Below, piece after piece: positions 17,474-24,407 of a stretch of 32,000 nucleotides of DNA (positions are counted from its first letter, which is position 1; every line of letters begins with the position of its first letter). The stretch is taken from positions 66,346 to 98,345 of the forward strand of contig JAGYKL010000001.1 in NCBI GenBank assembly GCA_018401705.1, in the 5' to 3' direction. Made by a program: the position numbers and the translations under genes. The notes beneath the pieces are model-generated. The model saw only the letters and a program-made list of their open reading frames with translations. It searched no databases and was not told where the DNA came from. This DNA is from Bacteroidia bacterium. Lineage in GTDB: Bacteria > Bacteroidota > Bacteroidia > M30B66.

Positions 17474-17779
17474 TTAGAATGCTGAGTCGTCAAAAAACTC
17501 ATCATCGTCATCATCGTCGTCGTCTTCAAACGCTGGATCTGATAAATCTTCGTCCAGATTGAAATCGTCGTCGTCTTTCTCAACTTCTTCAATTTCATCT
17601 TCTACAAAATCATCATCATCTTCAAAGTCATCGTCGTCGTCGTCAATGTCTTCGTCGTCGTACTTAGCACGCCAGTTCTTTTGCTCTTTCGGATTCAAAG
17701 GCTTCAAGCGAGTTGACCTTTGATTCTCTCCAAAAAGGTCCTTGCTTTTGTTGAACACTTTGTCGGATTTGGTTCCCAT
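17474..17779 (-). CDS. small hyper-acidic protein of unknown function (basic N-terminus, poly-Asp/Glu C-terminus)
   Basis: 101-aa ORF. Residues 1-40 carry 11 Lys/Arg. Residues 41-101 contain 41 Asp/Glu out of 61, interspersed with Phe. It fills the gap between anmK and the dehydrogenase gene exactly, and no other frame in this gap is open. No family recognised. Confidence 0.6.
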   Translation of the reverse strand: MGTKSDKVFNKSKDLFGENQRSTRLKPLNPKEQKNWRAKYDDEDIDDDDDDFEDDDDFVEDEIEEVEKDDDDFNLDEDLSDPAFEDDDDDDDDEFFDDSAF

Positions 17780-17915
17780 CGGGTAATGTTTGATTGATTT
17801 GATTAAGTTTATTTACGTGACCAAAATAACGAAAAACTTAGATTCCAAATAAAAACTTTAAAATCTGTTTCAAATACTATTTTTGCGAACCCAAATTACT
17901 CTAAAAACCTGAATT

Positions 17916-19142
17916 ATGAAGGACTTACTACGTCGTTATGAAGATAAACAGCCAGAAATTGTTTTTGAATGGAAGGATTCTGAGACCGAAGCAGAGGGCT
18001 GGATCGTCATAAATTCTCTTCGTGGCAACGCTGCAGGAGGTGGAACAAGAATGAGAAAAGGTCTCGACCGAAGAGAAGTTGAGTCTCTTGCTAAGACCAT
18101 GGAAATCAAATTTACAGTTTCTGGTCCTGCTATTGGCGGTGCCAAATCGGGAATCAATTTCGATCCGCAAGATCCTCGTAAAAAAGAAGTGCTAAAAAGA
18201 TGGTATAAAGCTGTAATGCCTCTATTGAAGACATACTATGGTACAGGAGGTGATTTAAATGTGGATGAGATTCACGAAGTTATTCCCATAACAGAAGAAT
18301 TTGGTCTATGGCATCCTCAGGAGGGAGTTGTGAATGGTCATTTTGGAGGTGCTGAGTCAGAAAAAATCAAAAGAATCGGACATCTTAGAGCTGGAGTTTC
18401 TAAAGTTCTTGAAGATCCAAGATACTCTCCCGACCCATCAAAAAAGCTTGTTGTAGCTGATATGATTACGGGATATGGCGTTGCTGAATCTGTTAAACAC
18501 TTTTATACATTCTATAAAGACAGCCTAAAAGGTAAACGGGTAATCATTCAAGGTTGGGGAAATGTTGCTTCTGCAGCGGCTTATTATTTAGCAAAAGAAG
18601 GAGCTGTTATTGTTGGTATTGTTGACCGTACCGGTGGATTAATATCTGAATCAGGCTATGATTTCGAACACGTAAAAGAGCTATTTCTCACAAAAAATGG
18701 AAATACCCTAAATGCACCAAACATGCTTAGCTTCGAGCAAGTGAATAATCGTATTTGGGATGTTAAGGCAGATGTGTTTATTCCAGCTGCTGCTTCAAGA
18801 CTTATTACTGAAGACCAGGTAAAACGAATGAAACAATCGGGAGTTCAGGTTATTTCGAGTGGAGCAAATGTTCCATTTGCAGATAAAGAAATCTTTTTCG
18901 GACCCATTATGGAAATGGCAGATGAGCAATTAAGTGTGATTCCTGACTTCATTTCTAATTGCGGAATGGCAAGGGTTTTTGCTTATCTAATGGGATTAAA
19001 TGCAGAAATTTCTGATGATGCAATTTTTAGTGATGCTTCTAAAATAATTGGTGATGCAGTGTATAAAGTAGCTGAACATTGCCCCGATAAACTAAACTTC
19101 TCAAAAGAGGCATTTAGAATTTCTTTGAGCGAATTACTTTAA
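17916..19142 (+). CDS. Glu/Leu/Phe/Val dehydrogenase family protein (glutamate dehydrogenase-like)
   Basis: 408-aa ORF with the catalytic-domain Gly-rich motifs AAGGGTRM and GGAKSGI. A Rossmann motif IQGWGNVAS is present in the C-terminal half. Confidence 0.85.
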   Translation: MKDLLRRYEDKQPEIVFEWKDSETEAEGWIVINSLRGNAAGGGTRMRKGLDRREVESLAKTMEIKFTVSGPAIGGAKSGINFDPQDPRKKEVLKRWYKAVMPLLKTYYGTGGDLNVDEIHEVIPITEEFGLWHPQEGVVNGHFGGAESEKIKRIGHLRAGVSKVLEDPRYSPDPSKKLVVADMITGYGVAESVKHFYTFYKDSLKGKRVIIQGWGNVASAAAYYLAKEGAVIVGIVDRTGGLISESGYDFEHVKELFLTKNGNTLNAPNMLSFEQVNNRIWDVKADVFIPAAASRLITEDQVKRMKQSGVQVISSGANVPFADKEIFFGPIMEMADEQLSVIPDFISNCGMARVFAYLMGLNAEISDDAIFSDASKIIGDAVYKVAEHCPDKLNFSKEAFRISLSELL

Positions 19143-19217
19143 ACTAACAGCACTGTTAATAAAGGCGTTCAAAACGCGATGTTATTTGAAGAAGAAAAGC
19201 CTCGATTATTGGCGTTC

Positions 19218-19249
19218 TTTGAATACGTAATTGTATATATATACGTTTG
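19218..19249 (+). promoter_or_regulatory. candidate Bacteroidota sigma-A promoter for exbB-exbD-tonB-like-folC
   Basis: TTTG (19218-19221), then N20, then TACGTTTG (19242-19249), with the ATG 23 nt downstream at 19273. The track start (TTG 19231) lies inside the promoter spacer. Confidence 0.5.
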
Positions 19250-19272
19250 CTTATCTAAAAACCTATTCATTT

Positions 19273-19983
19273 ATGTCGGGAATCTTCCTGCAAGCCATCG
19301 TTGGTGGCGATTCATTAGCAACAGCAGCCGGGGTTGCTGCTGCAGAAACAGCCGAAAAAGTTGATACACTAAGCCTTTGGAACATGGTTCAAAAAGGTGG
19401 TTGGATTATGATACCAATCGGATTTCTTTCGGTTGTAACAATTTATATTTTCATTGAACGCTTTCTCGTGCTCAGAAGAGCTGCAGCAAACCCAGATAAC
19501 CTCCTTAACAATGTAAGAGACCAAGTGCATCAAGGAAATATTCAGGGGGCAGTTGTGTTGTGTAAAAGTAACCCAACACCTGATGCAAGAATGCTTGAGA
19601 AAGGCCTCTCGCGTATTGGTCTGAGTGTAGATGAGATTGAAAAAGCCATGGAAGGCGCCGGCAAAAAAGAACTAAGTCGCATTGAGAAAAATGTAGGTGT
19701 TTTAGCTGTTATCGCTGGTATTGCGCCAATGTTTGGATTTGTAGGAACTATCCTTGGAGTAATTAAAATTTTCTACAATATAGCCTTGGCAGATAACATT
19801 AGTATTGGTCTAATTGCCGGTGGTCTTTACGAAAAGATGGTTACATCAGCCGCAGGCTTAATTGTAGGAATTCTGGCTTTTGTACTTTTTCATTATCTTA
19901 ATTTCATGGTCGACAGAATTGCCAAAAGAATGGAAAGTACCGGGCTTGATTTTATTGACATGTTACACGAACCAACCAAATAA
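19273..19983 (+). CDS. exbB: MotA/TolQ/ExbB proton-channel family protein
   Basis: Three predicted TM segments and the family motif GIAPMFGFVGTILGVI. Its stop overlaps the exbD start (TAATG). Confidence 0.85.
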   Translation: MSGIFLQAIVGGDSLATAAGVAAAETAEKVDTLSLWNMVQKGGWIMIPIGFLSVVTIYIFIERFLVLRRAAANPDNLLNNVRDQVHQGNIQGAVVLCKSNPTPDARMLEKGLSRIGLSVDEIEKAMEGAGKKELSRIEKNVGVLAVIAGIAPMFGFVGTILGVIKIFYNIALADNISIGLIAGGLYEKMVTSAAGLIVGILAFVLFHYLNFMVDRIAKRMESTGLDFIDMLHEPTK

Positions 19984-20387
19984 TGAATTTAAGAGGTTCC
20001 CGTATACGGCCACATGCCGAAGTAAGCACACACTCCTTGAATGACATCATGTTTTTCTTGCTGTTGTTCTTTCTTATCGTTTCTACAATGGTAAGCCCAA
20101 GTGTGGTTAAACTTACCCTGCCCAGTGCCAAAAATGCTCAGGCTCTTAACAAGCAGGTTATTAAATTAGAAATATCTGCAGACCTTAGATATGTACTAAA
20201 AGGTAAGGATGTTGCGTTTGAAGATTTAGAAGCAGCTATGGCTGAAGCAATTGCAGGTATAAATGAACCAACTATCGTTTTAAGCTTAGATAAGAGCCTA
20301 AGTATTCAACAGTTGGTAGATGTTCTTGAAATTGGCAACCGACTAAAAGTTAAAATGATTCTTGCAACCCGGGCACCAAACGGATAA
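19983..20387 (+). CDS. exbD: biopolymer transport protein ExbD/TolR
   Basis: 134-aa ORF with a single N-terminal TM (LNDIMFFLLLFFLIVSTMV), followed by the periplasmic domain typical of ExbD. Confidence 0.85.
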   Translation: MNLRGSRIRPHAEVSTHSLNDIMFFLLLFFLIVSTMVSPSVVKLTLPSAKNAQALNKQVIKLEISADLRYVLKGKDVAFEDLEAAMAEAIAGINEPTIVLSLDKSLSIQQLVDVLEIGNRLKVKMILATRAPNG

Positions 20388-20392
20388 CGCAC

Positions 20393-21262
20393 ATGGAACT
20401 AAGTCAAAAATCTGATAAATACACAGCAACGGTAATCACCCTTACTATACATGGGTTGATTCTATTGTTGTTCATTCTTTATAAGATAATCACTCCCCTT
20501 CCACCCTATCCTGAAGATGGAGGCGGAGGTCTTGGAGTTGAACTTAGTTTTGGCAATTCAGCAGATGGTATGGGTTTACTGAATCCAGATCAACTTTCTG
20601 CAGCAAGTGCCAAAGGAAATCCTCCTCCAAGTGAACAAGCTCCTTTGTTGACTTCTGACATTGAAGATAATAATTATGTTCCTGAGCCTGATAAGCCTAA
20701 AGTAAAGCGCGAACCAAAAGAGTTAAAGCGCGAAACATCAGGCCCTGTTATCACCAAAACCATTGAGCCTGTTGTAGAAAAGAGAGCATTATATCCAGGT
20801 AAAACGGGACAAAGCGGCAGCGAAGGAAATACAGGTAAACCTGGGAATCAGGGCTCAGAAGATGGCGATCCGTATAGTCGGCTTTATCAAGGTAAACCTG
20901 GCACTGGAGGAGCTGGAGGAGAAGGTAGTGGCTCTGGTGGTGGTACTGGCGGTGGAAATGGCACTGGCAATGGATTAGGTAATGGTTCTGGAATATCCTT
21001 TAACCTTGCCGGACGAGGAGCAATAAGTCTCCCTAAACCGGCATACACTTCTCAAAAGTCTGGAAAAGTTGTGGTTGACATCACCGTTGATCAACAAGGA
21101 AATGTACTTAGCGCTAAAGCCGGAGGTCGCGGAACAACTGTTCAAGATGCTAGCTTATTCGATCAGGCAGAGCGAGCCGCAAGAAAAGCTAAGTTTAAAT
21201 CCAATCCTTCGGCTACCGAAAAACAAATAGGAACAATAACCTACACGTTCATCCGAAACTAA
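20393..21262 (+). CDS. TonB-like energy transducer with Lys/Pro/Glu and Gly-rich spacer
   Basis: N-terminal TM anchor (ATVITLTIHGLILLLFILY) and a KP/EP-type stretch (PEPDKPKVKREPKELKRE). A long Gly-rich region follows, then a C-terminal TonB-type domain (GKVVVDITVDQQGNVLSAKA...GTITYTFI). It sits directly after exbB-exbD. Confidence 0.7.
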   Translation: MELSQKSDKYTATVITLTIHGLILLLFILYKIITPLPPYPEDGGGGLGVELSFGNSADGMGLLNPDQLSAASAKGNPPPSEQAPLLTSDIEDNNYVPEPDKPKVKREPKELKRETSGPVITKTIEPVVEKRALYPGKTGQSGSEGNTGKPGNQGSEDGDPYSRLYQGKPGTGGAGGEGSGSGGGTGGGNGTGNGLGNGSGISFNLAGRGAISLPKPAYTSQKSGKVVVDITVDQQGNVLSAKAGGRGTTVQDASLFDQAERAARKAKFKSNPSATEKQIGTITYTFIRN

Positions 21263-22554
21263 TGACTTACAGGGAAACGGTTGACTACCTTTACAGTCAA
21301 CTACCTGCATTTACGCGAATTGGCGCTGCGGCTTACAAAGCTGATCTTGGAAACATAGTAGCCTTGTGCGAAGCCATAGGGCAGCCAGAGAAAACTTTTA
21401 AAACCATTCATATTGCAGGAACTAACGGCAAAGGCTCGAGTTCCCATTTCATTGCGTCCATTCTTCAAGAAGCTGGTTATAAAACTGGACTATTTACATC
21501 GCCCCATTTAAAGGACTTTAGAGAAAGATTTAGAATAAATGGTCAATTAGTTTCAGAAGCTTTTGTGGTTGACTTTGTTCAAAATAACAGTCAGCTTTTC
21601 GAAGAAATAAAGCCTTCGTTCTTTGAAATGACTGTTGCACTTGCATTTAGCTTTTTCAGCAGGGAACAGGTCGATATTGCAGTAATTGAAACGGGTCTTG
21701 GAGGAAGGTTAGATTCTACAAATATTATAACTCCTGAATTGAGTTTGATTACCAATATTGATTTCGATCATATGGATTTGCTGGGCGATACTCTGGAAAA
21801 AATTGCTTTTGAGAAAGCGGGTATCATTAAATCAGGCAAACCTGTTGTAATTAGCGAGTTTCAAGAAGAAATCGAATCCATTTTCAGTAGCAAAGCAGGA
21901 GGCCTTAATGCGCCAATTAGATTTGCTAGTAAAGAAATTGATTGGTCTAATTCAGAACTTAAAAATACTGAAGCTGGATTACAACTGCTCTGTCAGGGAA
22001 AATTGGGTGAAGAATTCATCAATATAGTTTCTCCCTTAACTGGAGGATATCAACTCAGGAATTTAAAAGGAGTTGTAGTTGCTATTGACGAGCTTAAAAA
22101 GCTCGGATGGAATATTCCTATGAAAGCATTGCAAAATGGGATTCTTCATGTAAAACAAAATACTTCTCTGCTTGGACGATGGCAACAAATTGGTAACAGT
22201 CCCGACATATACTGCGATACAGGCCATAATACTGCTGGTATAAAAGAAATTTTACTACAACTGAAGCAGCATCAATTTGAGAAGCTTCATATTGTTTTCG
22301 GAGTTGTAAAAGACAAAAGTATCGACACCATATTGAGCCTTTTGCCAAAAAATGCAGAGTATTATTTCTGTGCAGCAAATATTTTTAGGGCTTTATCGGC
22401 CGATGAGCTTCTGATGAAGGCCAATGAGTTTGGCTTATTAGGGAATTCATACAGCTCTGTTAATGAAGCTCTTACAATGGCCAAAGCGGCTGCAAATGAA
22501 AATGATTTCATTTATGTTGGAGGTAGCACATTCGTTGTTGCAGAAATAATTTAA
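21262..22554 (+). CDS. folC: bifunctional folylpolyglutamate synthase / dihydrofolate synthase
   Basis: 430-aa ORF with Mur-ligase-type P-loop HIAGTNGKGSS and the VIETGLGGRLDSTN motif. The start overlaps the upstream stop (TAATG). Confidence 0.9.
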   Translation: MTYRETVDYLYSQLPAFTRIGAAAYKADLGNIVALCEAIGQPEKTFKTIHIAGTNGKGSSSHFIASILQEAGYKTGLFTSPHLKDFRERFRINGQLVSEAFVVDFVQNNSQLFEEIKPSFFEMTVALAFSFFSREQVDIAVIETGLGGRLDSTNIITPELSLITNIDFDHMDLLGDTLEKIAFEKAGIIKSGKPVVISEFQEEIESIFSSKAGGLNAPIRFASKEIDWSNSELKNTEAGLQLLCQGKLGEEFINIVSPLTGGYQLRNLKGVVVAIDELKKLGWNIPMKALQNGILHVKQNTSLLGRWQQIGNSPDIYCDTGHNTAGIKEILLQLKQHQFEKLHIVFGVVKDKSIDTILSLLPKNAEYYFCAANIFRALSADELLMKANEFGLLGNSYSSVNEALTMAKAAANENDFIYVGGSTFVVAEII

Positions 22555-22571
22555 ATATTTCGATAAAAAAA

Positions 22572-22602
22572 TTTGCAGGGAATCAATAAGCAGGTATATT
22601 TG
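22572..22602 (+). promoter_or_regulatory. candidate Bacteroidota sigma-A promoter for tRNA-Val
   Basis: TTTG (22572-22575), then N19, then TATATTTG (22595-22602), matching the consensus in both boxes. The tRNA 5' end is at 22626. Confidence 0.55.
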
Positions 22603-22625
22603 CAGCCCGTTTCACAGAAACACAA

Positions 22626-22700
22626 GGGAGCATAGCTCAGCTGGTTCAGAGCACCTGCCTTACAAGCAGGGGGTCACAGGTTCGAACCCTGTTGCTCCCA
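22626..22700 (+). tRNA. tRNA-Val (anticodon TAC)
   Basis: A hand-folded cloverleaf works. The acceptor stem is GGGAGCA/TGCTCCC. The D-arm is AGCTCAGCTGGTTCAGAGC. The anticodon stem CCTGC/GCAGG encloses loop CTTACAA. The T-arm is ACAGG-TTCGAAC-CCTGT and the discriminator is A. CCA is not encoded. Confidence 0.95.
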
Positions 22701-22707
22701 CATCAAA

Positions 22708-22736
22708 ATCCCGAGTATTCACTCGGGATTTTTTTT
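22708..22736 (+). terminator. rho-independent terminator of tRNA-Val
   Basis: ATCCCGAGT-ATTC-ACTCGGGAT (9-bp stem, 4-nt loop) followed by a T8 run. Confidence 0.8.
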
Positions 22737-22804
22737 ATTCTACAAATTCAAATGAGTCAGAGGTTCGAATCGCGAGCTTGCCTCGTGATTGCTCCCACAT
22801 CAAA

Positions 22805-22831
22805 ATCCCGAGTATCAACTCGGGATTTTTT
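22805..22831 (+). terminator. terminator hairpin of repeat copy 2
   Basis: ATCCCGAGT-ATCA-ACTCGGGAT followed by T6. The stem is identical to the tRNA terminator and the loop differs. Confidence 0.6.
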
Positions 22832-22896
22832 CTATAAATACTAACTAGTCACAGGTTCGAATCGCGAGCGTGCCTCGTGATTGCTCTCACATCAAA

Positions 22897-22924
22897 ATCC
22901 CGAGTATTCACTCGGGATTTTTTT
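22897..22924 (+). terminator. terminator hairpin of repeat copy 3
   Basis: ATCCCGAGT-ATTC-ACTCGGGAT followed by T7, identical to the tRNA terminator. Confidence 0.6.
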
Positions 22925-23328
22925 ATTCCATAAATTCTGATTGGAGAAAGGTCCCAAAGGCAATATTTAAGAAGATCTTAATGTCAGAAACTGATATATA
23001 AATGGCTATATTTATTGCTCCGAATTTGACTCGATTCTGAATTTCAAAACGCATTTCTTTTTGCGTTGCAATCTTTAGTCATATGGAAGGCAGTAATACA
23101 AACAATTCACAATAAAGGAGAATCAGAAGAAAGATCAGTCAACTTACTTGGCAGATACTTTATTTAATTTAGCTGCACTGGATTGCGTATTATAAATGAT
23201 TAAATAAAAATCAAAGGATAAACATAAATTCATTGCAGCTATTAGAATGGAAAGCTGATTATTTCTTTCAACTTTCTTTGAAGAAAGAATGCAAAAAAAC
23301 AAATCACTAAACGAACATTACGCTATAG

Positions 23329-24407
23329 ATGAACGCCAAACTTTATTTTCTATTTACAGTCTTCATTATTTGCCTTCTTTCCTGCAATAGCAAAAAAGAA
23401 ACGATCACACCTGAAATTAAAAACATCTCCGAAAGTGTTTACTCTACAGGTTTCATAAAAAGCGTAAATCAATACGAAGTATTCGGCAGTAGAAATGGGA
23501 TAGTAGAGAAAATATTTGTGACCGAAGGAATGCGAGTGAAAAAAGGAGATCCCATTTTTCAAATGGAAAATGAAAATTTAAAAGTAGCTACCGAAAACGC
23601 CAAACTTGCCTCAAGAGTATCTGATATCAAAATCAACTCAAATAAGCTGCTGGATGCTAAAAAAGCTATAGATCTAGCCCAGAGAAATCTATCAAATGAT
23701 TCGCTGCAATATGAAAGACAAAAGAATCTTTGGAGTAAAAACATCGGAAGCAAAGTTCAACTTGAGCAAAAAGAACTCAGTTATGAAAAATCTAAGACTG
23801 AATTTGACAGAGCTAATACCAATTATGAGGATTTAAAACGACAATTAAATCTGGCATCAGAACAAAGCAAAAACAATTTAGAAATCGCCGAATTAATGGA
23901 AGAAGATTTTATTATCAGAAGCGAAGTTGATGGTGTAGTCTATAAAATCAATAAAGAAGTTGGTGAACTAATTAACGGACAAGAACCAAGCGCTATAATT
24001 GGAACAGAGGAATTTATCATTGAATTAAGTATTGATGAGATAGATATTATCAAAGTTAAGAAAGGTCAACAGGTAATTATTCGAATGGATAGCTATGAAT
24101 CAGAAGTCTTTGAAGCTCGAATTATTGCAGTTGACCTAATGATGAACAAACGAACACGTCTATTTCAAGTATTGTTTTTACCAATAAGCCCAAAGAGCTT
24201 TTTCCAAATCTAACAGTTGAGGCTAATATTGTCATCAACACGAAACAAGACGTTTTAACCATTCCAAGAAATTATTTGAGTAATGACACCTCCGTGGTTT
24301 TAAAAGGAGGTAAACTTCAAAAAGTAGAGACCGGTATCATGGATTATGACTTGGTAGAAATAAAAGGTGGCATCGACAAAACCACGATCATCGAATTACC
24401 TCAATAA
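23329..24407 (+). pseudogene. HlyD-family periplasmic adaptor (membrane fusion protein) interrupted by a 1-nt frameshift
   Basis: Lipoprotein-type signal (FIICLLSC), a long coiled-coil segment and a barrel-sandwich segment are present. The ORF stops at 24213. The expected C-terminus (FTNKPKELFPNLTVEANIVINTKQDVLTIPRNYL...VEIKGGIDKTTIIELPQ*) continues in another frame to TAA 24405-24407, which overlaps the permease ATG. The total span of 1079 nt is one base short of a multiple of three. Confidence 0.75.

Larger units (their letters stand above)
22673..22930 (+). repeat. three tandem imperfect copies of a module made of the tRNA-Val T-arm/acceptor 3' end plus a terminator
   Basis: GTCA[C/G]AGGTTCGAA...TGCTC[C/T]CACATCAAAATCCCGAGTAT[TC/CA]ACTCGGGATTTTTT starts at 22673, 22756 and 22848, giving periods of 83 and 92 bp. 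Copies 2 and 3 replace CCCTGT with a 20-nt hairpin-forming insert, TCGCGAGC[T/G]TGCCTCGTGAT. Confidence 0.8.

Noticed and set aside
17928-18170. Two minus-strand ORFs (80 and 73 aa) at the 5' end of the dehydrogenase gene
   Set aside because: They lie antisense to a gene with clear GGTRM/GGAKSGI motifs, and no supporting signals were seen.
19179-19364. A 61-aa ORF and the 14-codon N-terminal extension (TTG 19231) of the ExbB-like gene
   Set aside because: A consensus TTTG-N20-TACGTTTG promoter occupies 19218-19249, so both would start upstream of or inside the promoter. ATG 19273 gives a normal ExbB N-terminus.
22118-22378. Minus-strand 86-aa ORF inside folC, and similar antisense ORFs at 26098-26382, 23350-23753 and 29492-29686
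   Set aside because: All are embedded antisense in genes with clear catalytic motifs and have no independent evidence.
22673-22930. Regularly spaced repeats that could be mistaken for a small CRISPR array
   Set aside because: There are only three units, and the repeat is about 65-80 bp of tRNA 3' end plus a terminator. The unique spacers are only ~15-20 bp and themselves related. No cas genes are in the window. The period and structure do not fit CRISPR.
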